Translations under genes and position numbers: made by a program
Notes under the pieces: generated by a model
What the model saw: the letters and a program-made list of their open reading frames with translations, nothing else
The model's database searches: none
What the model was told of the DNA's origin: nothing
In this document: one piece after another, positions 49,322 through 57,310 of the stretch
Layout of the letters: every line of letters starts with the position of its first letter
How positions within the stretch are numbered: the stretch's first letter is position 1
From: Eubacteriales bacterium
Lineage (GTDB): Bacteria; Bacillota; Clostridia; Oscillospirales; JAAYOS01
Direction of reading: 5' to 3'
Assembly (NCBI GenBank): GCA_050950785.1
Contig: JBMNIG010000024.1
Span: 8,892 to 72,891 of the forward strand
Length of the DNA stretch: 64,000 nucleotides

Positions 49322-49357
49322 TTGGCTTCCATATTTTACCATCTATTGTCGGTAATA

Positions 49358-50677
49358 TTACTTTGTATTCAAAATAATACTCAATTCGAATATGCCGTCC
49401 TCATACTCAGCACGTAAGTTCCCCGCATAACTATCAACAGCATTTTGTATACTTTTCAATCCTATGCCGTGTAATTCCTTTTGCTTTTTTGTTGTCGGAA
49501 ACCCATCACCCTTCTTCACACGCTGGAGTGAGCTGTTGATTATTTTGATATAAAGTATCCCTTCTCTTTGGACAGCTTTTATGTATATGAACCTTTTTCC
49601 TTCTTTAATTTCCTCGCATGCTTCGATGGCATTGTCCAAAGCGTTCGAGAAGATGGTGCATAGATCGATCGGGTCGATATTTATATTTTTATCCATATCA
49701 AGACTTGAACTTATTTCAATTCCAAGTTCTTTGGCCTTTGCTGTCTTTGAGTAGATGACCGTGTCTAGAACCGAGTTGCCAAATGCAGTGTGGGAAGCGT
49801 ATTCACGCATCTTTTGCTCAAGCTCGCCAATATACCTTTCAGCCTCTTCGTCGTTAAGAGCAATCATACCCTTAACGGCAGATATATGGTTGTTTATATC
49901 GTGCCACATGTTGCGTATTTGATTCTGTATGGCAATAACTTCCTCATATCTCTTCTCTGAAGTCTCAATATTCTGTAAAATCAGCGACTGCTCCATCTCG
50001 ATTTTTGCGTACTTTGTGGATTTGAGGAAAAGGCTGAAAATGATCAAATTTGCTACAAGCAACCCAATGCTTATTAGAAAGTTAGATATGTCGACATATT
50101 TGTTGCCAAGATCATCTTTTGCCAATAGTAGCAGGATTGTGTACAAAGATATAAATGAAATTGATATCAAAGCCATAAAATCCTTTGTCATAAGGCGACT
50201 CTGACTTGCCTGCTTCATTTGTTGTATGCTTTTGAAGATCACAAACTGAACAATCTTTGCGTAGACCAAAAATGGTATATTATATGCGATTGTTTCTTGC
50301 TGCTCTTTTATTGAAACTGTGGTCAAAAGATTCACCGAGAAGTATACGATTGCTTCGCTTGCAAGCATTAATAGCAAATAAATTGCACAGCTAATAATGA
50401 TCGAGCGAACTCCTCCCCTGTAGAGCAACAAACCTAAAGATACTATCATAATAACTGCTATAACAAAATGGACATTTGATACCGATATGTAGCTTACAAG
50501 CATCATTAGTGCCATATAGGACAGTACACCTATGTAGAACTTAAGCTGTCCGACCTTACGTCTGTAGAATGCGTCAAAATAGTCAAAAACTATATATGCG
50601 TCAGCTCCAACAGTTAGAATCTTTGTTATAGTTACAATCAAATCTTCATTATTCATAACAAAACCCCAGTCTTGCAC
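49358..50677 (-). CDS. agrC: AgrC-like (HPK10) sensor histidine kinase
   Basis: 439 aa. Polytopic N-terminal sensor, H-box MWHDINNHISAV, N-box FSNALDNAIEA, G-box LHGIGLKSI. Alternative start at MNNEDL (50656). Confidence 0.75.
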   Translation of the reverse strand: MQDWGFVMNNEDLIVTITKILTVGADAYIVFDYFDAFYRRKVGQLKFYIGVLSYMALMMLVSYISVSNVHFVIAVIMIVSLGLLLYRGGVRSIIISCAIYLLLMLASEAIVYFSVNLLTTVSIKEQQETIAYNIPFLVYAKIVQFVIFKSIQQMKQASQSRLMTKDFMALISISFISLYTILLLLAKDDLGNKYVDISNFLISIGLLVANLIIFSLFLKSTKYAKIEMEQSLILQNIETSEKRYEEVIAIQNQIRNMWHDINNHISAVKGMIALNDEEAERYIGELEQKMREYASHTAFGNSVLDTVIYSKTAKAKELGIEISSSLDMDKNINIDPIDLCTIFSNALDNAIEACEEIKEGKRFIYIKAVQREGILYIKIINSSLQRVKKGDGFPTTKKQKELHGIGLKSIQNAVDSYAGNLRAEYEDGIFELSIILNTK

Positions 50678-50691
50678 GATCCTAAAATATT

Positions 50692-51452
50692 CTACGGTAG
50701 TACGACATATGTCCTCTTGTCAAGGCTTCTCATAACAATTTCAAATACAGAGTTTACCCTGTCCCTTGATATATATATCTTTTCGCCTGTCACAAGTTCT
50801 AAGTATTTATCTCTATTGCTTTCCGTTATACGCCTGATGTGTAAGGGATTTACCAAATACGACACATGCGGACGCACGAAATCAAGACTTTCAAATTGGC
50901 TTGCAACAGCTTTGATCGAGTTGCGAATTTTTTCTACCTTGATAGAGCCACTTTCCCTTTCAAAGTAATATAGATCGGTATAGCGTTGGTTCTTTTTCAT
51001 ATAAAGGATATCCATGATATCAAAACAAAAAGACCGCTCATCGTCTGAATTGTAACCGGTCTTCGCTCTTCTTGTATTTTTGCTACAGCTCGTTTGAATA
51101 CACTGGAAAATTTGCGCTCATCTATTGGCTTTGTCAGGTAGTAAAATGCCTGGACCCCATAACCGTCTTCCCACAGCTCTTCAATCGCTGTAACAAAAAT
51201 TATGATCACTGATTTGTCCGAACTTCGAATCTTCTCAGCGGTCTCAAACCCGCTCAACCCGGGCATCTTCTGATCAAGAAAAATGATGTGATAGCCTTTG
51301 TCCAGCGACTTTAGCAGAGCTTCACCGCTGTCAAACTCATATACATCGATTTTTTCTTTAATATCAAGCTGCAGTTGTTCGATATAGCGATTGATTACTC
51401 TCCTGTGATGTTTTTCATCATCAATTACTGCTACGCGTATCATATTTCTCAC
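50692..51452 (-). pseudogene. Canonical LytTR-family response regulator interrupted by a single frameshift
   Basis: The receiver (VAVIDDEKHH, IIFLDQKMPGLSG, IIFVTA, YYLTKP) is in one frame (50997-51452). The LytTR domain (DDERSFCFDIMDILYMKKNQRYTDLYY...FVRPHVSYLVNPLHI) is in another (50692 to about 51045). The span is 761 nt (3n+2). The shift lies at about 51040-51055. Confidence 0.75.
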
Positions 51453-51520
51453 CCACTTCCATGAGCTTTATCAATTTACAGTATTATATCGAATTATGTT
51501 TTTAAATGCAAATTATATAG

Positions 51521-51570
51521 AGGACGGTTCTTTTGTCACGGAGTCGACTCCAAGACAAAAGAACCGTCCT
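51521..51570 (-). terminator. Long palindromic hairpin downstream of degV (probable terminator); member of the GGACGGTTCTTTTGTC repeat family
   Basis: AGGACGGTTCTTTTGTC (51521-51537) and GACAAAAGAACCGTCCT (51554-51570) are exact complements. The loop itself contains GGAGTCGACTCC. AT-rich tracts lie on both sides. Confidence 0.55.
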
Positions 51571-51634
51571 AACTCTCTTTTTAATTTTACGAATTTCAGG
51601 TGAAATCCCGTGTAAGTTTGTTAATTACCAATGT

Positions 51635-52474
51635 TTATTCTTCTTTTTTGAAGTATGCTATCGCTCCCGCTCCTGGTCCTACATGAGCTCCAATTACACT
51701 GCCTATAGCACTGACAGAGTCGATTTTGCCAATAGTATTTACTGCCAGTTCGTTGAATTGCTCAAATGTCTCGCGACTACCTGAATATCCTAAAGCCACC
51801 GGCATTTCAGTGTCTATCCCGTCTTCCTGAGCCAGTCTTATAACCTCTTTCTGCGCATTTTTCAAACCGCGCACTTTGGATTTTACGCCCAATTCCCCAT
51901 CTCTAAGATATATAAGTGGCTTTACATCCAACAGGGATCCTGCAAAAGCTGCAGTCTTTGAAATACGTCCGCCCTTTTTTAAGTACTCAAGTGTATCCAC
52001 ATATGCAAACAATTTAATACGCTTCTTAGCTTTTTCAACGGCTGTTACGATTTCAACAGCGCTGCACCCCTTTTCCCTTAACTCAAGTGCATGCTCCACA
52101 AGCAATCGAAGGCTTACAGTAGTACATTCGCTGTCTATCACATAGATTTCACCTTCGATGTTGCTCTTTGCCATGTTGGCACTCTGAACTGTACCCGAGA
52201 GCGTTCCGGCAATCAAGAGTGCTATAACAGAGTCCCCTCTGTTTACAGCTTCGCTAAAAAGCTCTTCAAATTCAAAGGGTGAAGGTTGAGTCGTGCTGGG
52301 AAGTGTCTTTGCAGATGCCTGCTTCTCGTAGAATTCTTCCGGCATCAAATCGACGCCATCACGATATACCCCATCCTCAAATACTGTCTTTATCGGTAAT
52401 ACCACAAGGTTGCGCGACTTGGCTTCAGCAGGGAGGATCTCCGCAGTAGAGTCGGTTATTATCGTTATACCCAT
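51635..52474 (-). CDS. DegV-family fatty-acid-binding protein
   Basis: 279 aa. MGITIITDSTAEI N-terminus and overall DegV layout. Confidence 0.85.
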   Translation of the reverse strand: MGITIITDSTAEILPAEAKSRNLVVLPIKTVFEDGVYRDGVDLMPEEFYEKQASAKTLPSTTQPSPFEFEELFSEAVNRGDSVIALLIAGTLSGTVQSANMAKSNIEGEIYVIDSECTTVSLRLLVEHALELREKGCSAVEIVTAVEKAKKRIKLFAYVDTLEYLKKGGRISKTAAFAGSLLDVKPLIYLRDGELGVKSKVRGLKNAQKEVIRLAQEDGIDTEMPVALGYSGSRETFEQFNELAVNTIGKIDSVSAIGSVIGAHVGPGAGAIAYFKKEE

Positions 52475-52750
52475 GGTTTTCTCTCCTTTTTATTTTGTCC
52501 GGCATTAAATCATGTCTGTTACCATCTTATTCATTTAAGTAATAATGGATTCTATACTAAGTATATTGTCCGGACATACTAGCTTAAGACTAAATTATAT
52601 AATAAATTTTATATAAATATTTTTAAGCATTATACCACGCTGAAGATATTGAGTCAACATCCTTCATATGTAAGATGTAGTAGTTTTTTACCTCATGCTT
52701 GGTTTTCGCGGGCACCTTGCGTCCACATACCACATATTGTGCACCATAAG

Positions 52751-52789
52751 CAAAACCCAGTAACCTAACCAACGGTTACTGGGTTTTTT
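52751..52789. terminator. Hairpin terminator at the end of the tRNA operon (bidirectional appearance)
   Basis: AACCCAGTAACC (52754-52765), 8-nt loop, GGTTACTGGGTT (52774-52785). CAAAA lies on the left and TTTTTT on the right. Confidence 0.7.
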
Positions 52790-52790
52790 A

Positions 52791-52866
52791 TGGAGCTGCT
52801 ATCCAGATTCGAACTGGAGACCTCGTCCTTACCAAGGACGCGCTCTGCCTCCTGAGCTATAGCAGC
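52791..52866 (-). tRNA. tRNA-Thr (anticodon GGT)
   Basis: 76 nt. Cloverleaf read by eye: acceptor GCTGCTA, D arm GCTC/GAGC, anticodon stem CGTCC/GGACG with loop TTGGTAA, T arm TCCAG-TTCGAAT-CTGGA, encoded CCA. Confidence 0.9.
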
Positions 52867-52869
52867 AAT

Positions 52870-52946
52870 TGGCGACCCGGAAGGGACTCGAACCCTCGGC
52901 CTCTAGCGTGACAGGCTAGCGTTCTAACCAACTGAACTACCGGGCC
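52870..52946 (-). tRNA. tRNA-Asp (anticodon GTC)
   Basis: 77 nt. Acceptor GGCCCGG, D arm GTTC/GAAC, anticodon stem CTAGC/GCTAG with loop CTGTCAC, T loop TTCGAGT, encoded CCA. Confidence 0.9.
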
Positions 52947-52950
52947 ATAA

Positions 52951-53026
52951 TGGCAGGGGTAGAAGGAGTCGAACCCTCGGCACGCGGTTTTGGAGACCGC
53001 TGCTCTACCAGCTGAGCTATACCCCT
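52951..53026 (-). tRNA. tRNA-Trp (anticodon CCA)
   Basis: 76 nt. Acceptor AGGGGTA, D arm GCTC/GAGC, anticodon stem GCGGT/ACCGC with loop CTCCAAA, T loop TTCGACT, encoded CCA. Confidence 0.9.
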
Positions 53027-53060
53027 ATGTAACACCGAATCTGATGTCCAACGATATTAA

Positions 53061-53089
53061 AGTATAATATATAGTCTTGATTTTGTCAA
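53061..53089 (-). promoter_or_regulatory. Sigma-A-type promoter of the tRNA operon
   Basis: On the minus strand: TTGACA (53089-53084), 17-nt spacer, TATACT (53066-53061), about 30 nt upstream of tRNA-Trp. Confidence 0.7.
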
Positions 53090-53097
53090 CAGTTTTA

Positions 53098-53115
53098 ACT
53101 GATGTAAAAGCAGGA
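53098..53115 (+). repeat. Direct repeat copy 1 (ACTGATGTAAAAGCAGGA)
   Basis: Identical to 55624-55641. It abuts the left end of the IS481-like relic. Confidence 0.9.
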
Positions 53116-53118
53116 CGC

Positions 53119-54227
53119 TGTAGGGTTACAAGTACATATTGGACAGTGAGGGGAAAAAATAATAGCAGGAATGAGGCACATAAGGTAGAATTATGTTACG
53201 ACAACAAATTTCACCGATAAGGACGTGCCTATTCCTGCATGAATAGGATAGCACAAGACATGACGTACCGGCAATCCCTAATTACCGGTGCGCTGAAGTA
53301 CTGGTGTATCAGAGGCATCCGAAAGTACAACAAGGCACGGCCGTATATCTACGTCTGCTGAATCGTTACGATGGCACACTGGACTCACTTGCCTGCAGAT
53401 CACGCAGACCACACGGGCATCCGAGAGCTCACACAGTTAGGCGGAGCTTAAGCTGATCCGCGACGTGAAGGCGCATTGAAATCCAAAGCTGGGGATGCCA
53501 GACGGCCTGGCATGCGGCTTAGCGGAGCTAAATCCGGTTACACACGTCCACTAGGAAGCGCTCTACCGAGTCATGGGAGCGGCTTCGCCTATTCACAGAC
53601 AGTGAACGAAAAAGACGACCTGTATGCTTCCGACAGACCAATGGCAGCCAGATGCAGTGGCTCCGGGATCAACGCGTCCAGATCGACGTGCACGTCTCGT
53701 CCCTTCATCCTGCATTGCCAACCATAGGTGAAAGATATTGCTCAATCCACAGCGACCGAAGAGGATGCCCGCTGTACGTGACCTCGAGGCTTTACGTCAG
53801 AGAACTCTACATAGTCCTGCGTCCTCGTGGTACGGAAGAACGCAGTGGCATTCTTCAAAAAATTCGGATTTGATATCGAATGCGTTTCAAACCGATAATG
53901 GTCCCGAATTTACAAGTAGATGCTCTAAATCTATGAAGGACCGCCCCACACTTTTTGATGCTACTGCAGCCCAAATGGACATCCTGCATCAACTAGTCCG
54001 CCCATACACGCCTCGTCATAACGGAAAGGTCGAGCGAAGTACATCGCGATAGATCAGCAATCCTCTTGTTACGCCGGACATTCCTTCTACTCTTATCAAG
54101 GCTTCGCACACCAGCTTGCTGTTTATCAGCGCAGATCTAATTCGATCCCTATGCGCCCTCTCGGCTATATTTCGCCTATTCAGTTCCGGTGAAATGATGA
54201 CTCTCCAATCTGTTTGACAAACCTACA
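53119..54227 (+). mobile_element. Decayed IS481-family-like insertion sequence (transposase reading frame destroyed)
   Basis: About 1.1 kb. Termini TGTAGGGTT... and ...AAACCTACA (TG...CA). Fragments of an HTH/DDE transposase appear in several frames: LLNRYDGTLDSLACRSRRPHGHPRAHT, FQTDNGPEFTS, VRPYTPRHNGKVER. There are many stops and frameshifts. Confidence 0.7.
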
Positions 54228-54231
54228 TTTA

Positions 54232-54249
54232 ACTGATGTAACCGCAGGC
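54232..54249 (+). repeat. Direct repeat copy 2 (ACTGATGTAACCGCAGGC; 3 substitutions)
   Basis: It lies between the two IS relics. Similarity to the copy-1 context extends to 25 nt (22 of 25 identical). Confidence 0.8.
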
Positions 54250-54255
54250 CGCCAA

Positions 54256-55617
54256 TTGTCCCGTTAAAGTGAACCACTTTAGCTCTGTCAAATCTCCATC
54301 TAGAGTATGCTTGCAGTTTTCACTTGTCATCTGGCGGTTTGGGTCTGGGCGGAACGGGAGAGGCTTTCGCTATGAACCCTTCCTTAGTTCGTTCTTTAAC
54401 AACCTCCGTAAGCGCATTTCACAACTTGCTACAGGCAACCTTATCAGATGGGTAATCATGACGGCCATTCTCGGCTCTGTACTCTTGCTTTTGATACCGG
54501 ATGTCAGCAATCGCACATCCCTTGGCATAAATCGTCGTATGTGGCCATTTGCCGTGCTCATTGGTACCGGCTTTCCCCTGCAGCGATATGGGCCACAGCA
54601 GTCCATTCGGGTGCGTCGCATAACACCTTGCTTATGCAGGACCGTTCGAGCCTGCGCCAATCTAAAAACTGCACAGCCATTATCAACTGTCATAGTTTGA
54701 AACATCTTTCGAAATCGCTCAGCACCCGATCTTTTTCCAACTAGCCTGTGTCAAGTCAGTTTTACCACTGCTTGTTGTGATGGGCTACGCAACTTAGACC
54801 GCAGTGTCTCACTAGATAGCCTCTCAGCCACTACACGCATAGCATGCCCTGCCTTTTCCGCGACGCTGCAGTTCAACGCAATCCATGGCCCAGTGACACG
54901 AGCTCACTGCGGTCATTCGCCTCTGGTGGGCGCTCATCTATGCGCTTGGCGTCTACAGCCCGTATTCAAGCGGGTTACTCGGGTGTACTTGCGTTTTGAC
55001 CTCTCGCCTTTTCGAGGTCAGTCCTTTTGTGTTCCAGTGAGCACTAACTCACGGTCCTATATAATTCTAGAGCCTCTCCCATAGATATGGGCGTTCTTTG
55101 ATAGGCAGGGTCGTCCTTACGTTGCCCCTCATGCTCGCATAAGGAGAGACCTTGCCATCTCTATAATACAGTGCTCAATTTTATCTGCTCACTCATAGCT
55201 CTGTACCAATTTGTAGCTCAGCCCCTTTGTGCACTGGCCTATCGCATCATAGTCACATCTTGGGCTGTAAAGGCTGAATAGCTAACCACTTCACGCCATT
55301 GGCAATCTACCTTAGGATTACCTTCCCACGCTCTCGGCTCCCTGCTTATTGTGGCTGGGCTTACTCCCATTCGTTCTGCTATTTCCCGATGGCTCAGCCT
55401 TGATTTCTTAGGCAAGTAATTGTTCTTAGTTACTATCGCTTCTAACTCTTCACGCTCTTCCAATCTTAGGTGTTTACCTTTTATGCGAGTTCTGTATGCA
55501 ATAGACTTGGCTCATGAAGCTTCTCCGTTGCTGTTTGTTGTAGGAACTAACATTATAACAGAGAAGCTCTCGTGGGCCTATCTATTTTCTCCATTAGTGT
55601 TTCATTTAATTTTACAA
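54256..55617 (-). mobile_element. Decayed IS30-family-like insertion sequence
   Basis: About 1.36 kb. Imperfect terminal IRs: TTGTCCCGTTAAAGTGAACCACT at the left versus the reverse complement of the right end, TTGTAAAATTAAATGAAACACT. N-terminal HTH fragment LSHREIAERMGVSPATISRE (55239-55463). DDE fragments TVDNGCAVF and NGHIRRFMPR (54370-54705). No intact ORF. Confidence 0.7.
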
Positions 55618-55623
55618 CTCAGC

Positions 55624-55641
55624 ACTGATGTAAAAGCAGGA
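55624..55641 (+). repeat. Direct repeat copy 3 (ACTGATGTAAAAGCAGGA)
   Basis: Identical to copy 1. It lies 6 nt outside the right end of the IS30-like relic. Confidence 0.9.
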
Positions 55642-55815
55642 TATAAATTGCAATTTTAATTGCCTTACAAAATCTTACTGAACCCCGTTTTAAGCGACCA
55701 TATGGTAATTAGCCAGTGCTTATCTGCAGTGTTTTTATTGCCTTGCTATTCGAGTTTCTGCGCATAGGGCTGGATCATCTTTTGATCATTCCGACTTAAG
55801 TCACTTAGTACAGAC

Positions 55816-56685
55816 TTAATCCTTCAGAACACACCCTGTGCTTTTCATAATCCATCCGGTAATATGTTTATCGGTGTCTACTGGATATTTCAGCCCGAAC
55901 TTATCGGCTGTTTCAACCGCAATCCTGCGAAACAAGCTAATCGAAGCCAGAAGTCCTCTCAGGCTGTCTTTCTTACCATATCCCGAAAAAATGCTTTTAA
56001 GTTCCCTTAATATATCTTCATTGGCCCATTCATGAAGAAACCGCCCTGAATGCCATACATCATAATCATCACTGTGCAATGCCTTTGCATGCCATTCTAA
56101 CATTTGAAGCAGTAACTGTCTTAGTTCGTTCTCCCTTGTTTTAGCTGTCCACAACTCACCCCGAACAATCTGTTTGGCTATGTAAACGGCAGCAAAGAAG
56201 AACATATTGACAACCTGGTTAAAAGCTCCCTCGTCAACAGGCATCGATGACGCAGGTGCAAAGCTCACCGGCACAATAAAGCTGCTTACATTATCCTTGT
56301 CCACCAACACCCTGACTCCCCTGTAAAAATTGTCCGGGGTTCTTCTGTCCTTAACTAGGGAGTAAAGATCCTGGCATGGCAGAAAAACAATATCAACCTG
56401 GTATCCGCCTTCAAACAATGTAAGCCTCTCAGGCTCTCCTCCCGAAGTCTGATAAGCAAATGTAACCCAGATATTACCCAAGTCTTTTAACCAATCAGTA
56501 TTGTTCAAATAATAATTACTGTTACGGGCATATAAAATGATATCCAGATCGGACCATTCATCCGCAGGATGATCGACACGGGATCTTGACCCCACGACAA
56601 AAGCAGCCCTTATATCATCTGTTTTTTTAGCCCACAACGTAAAATCTTTTTCAAAAGATTCATAAAATTCTTCTGTCTTATTCAT
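55816..56685 (-). CDS. Aminoglycoside 6-nucleotidyltransferase-like protein (ANT(6)/AadK, streptomycin adenylyltransferase family)
   Basis: Nucleotidyltransferase motif VVGSRSRVDHPADEWSDLDII, then ERLTLFEGGYQVDIVFLP, VRVLVDKD and a C-terminal helical domain. All are collinear with B. subtilis AadK as I recall it. ATG 56685 (MNKTEEF) follows GGGGGTG. ATG 56700 is an alternative start. Confidence 0.65.
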   Translation of the reverse strand: MNKTEEFYESFEKDFTLWAKKTDDIRAAFVVGSRSRVDHPADEWSDLDIILYARNSNYYLNNTDWLKDLGNIWVTFAYQTSGGEPERLTLFEGGYQVDIVFLPCQDLYSLVKDRRTPDNFYRGVRVLVDKDNVSSFIVPVSFAPASSMPVDEGAFNQVVNMFFFAAVYIAKQIVRGELWTAKTRENELRQLLLQMLEWHAKALHSDDYDVWHSGRFLHEWANEDILRELKSIFSGYGKKDSLRGLLASISLFRRIAVETADKFGLKYPVDTDKHITGWIMKSTGCVLKD

Positions 56686-56778
56686 CGTTAACACCCCCAT
56701 TACTTCTCAGGTGCTGTTTATTTGCTTCATTCCTTTACTGAACGCGAATATGTTGGCATTATTAGCTTGTTTTGGTGT

Positions 56779-56807
56779 ATTTTAGCACGACGTCGAATTT
56801 GCGTCAA
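56779..56807 (-). promoter_or_regulatory. Sigma-A-type promoter of the ANT(6)-like gene
   Basis: On the minus strand: TTGACG (56807-56802), 17-nt spacer, TAAAAT (56784-56779). Confidence 0.6.
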
Positions 56808-56823
56808 TAAGCGATTTGCGTCA
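56797..56823. repeat. Tandem 10-bp direct repeat ATTTGCGTCA x2 (17-bp period) overlapping the -35 of the ANT(6)-like promoter
   Basis: Copies at 56797-56806 and 56814-56823 are identical. Confidence 0.7.
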
Positions 56824-57198
56824 GTATATAAAAGTCTTGTCATTTTATTACACAGGTAAAGTGACTTTCATAAACAAAGTCTGTTTTTAATCATTTTTCT
56901 ATCCCGACCGGCCGATTTTTTAAAAAATGCAGGAATACCCCGTTCCTTCAGTGGAAGGATATGTACAGATAACGGAAATGCTCTGCAGCATTTTACCATG
57001 TAACTGAAAACAAAAATGCCGCATGCACTGTATAGACATGCTGCTTTCGTTCATCCCATAACTTGGGGATTTTGCTTTGCCATACTCTCCAATATGTATT
57101 GGTTTAGTACTTAAAGCATTATCAGAGGTTCCAACTAGAGAAACTTCTTTTTGCCGTGTTTGGGCAATTGATTTTACGACTTACCGCTGTATAAGCAG

Positions 57199-57257
57199 GA
57201 AAAAACCAAAACAGGGCGTTTCCTGCGGTGACTACCGCATCAATGAAACACCCTGTT
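57199..57257 (-). terminator. Rho-independent terminator of tuf / str operon
   Basis: On the minus strand: AACAGGGTGTTTC (57257-57245) pairs with GAAACGCCCTGTT (57222-57210). An inner stem TGCGGT/ACCGCA is present. It is followed by TTGGTTTTTTCC. Confidence 0.8.
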
Positions 57258-57310
57258 ATAAGTTCGTGCTATGCTAATTTGTGTTTACACTTAAAGCTGC
57301 TCAAAAGCAA

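Noticed and set aside
52567-52576. Perfect 10-bp palindrome TGTCCGGACA upstream of degV (half-site TTGTCCGG also near 52495)
   Set aside because: A perfect 5+5 palindrome is expected dozens of times by chance in 64 kb. No flanking symmetry or second full copy supports an operator.
53476-54052. ORFs 53476-53727, 53652-53873 and 53738-54052 (and 54269-54744, 55239-55463) as functional genes
   Set aside because: They are out-of-frame fragments of decayed IS481-like and IS30-like transposases or their antisense. None covers a complete domain.
53098-55641. Three direct repeats considered as a CRISPR-like array
   Set aside because: There are only three copies. The spacers are 1.1 and 1.4 kb and are IS relics. 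There are no cas genes and the repeat has no palindromic structure.
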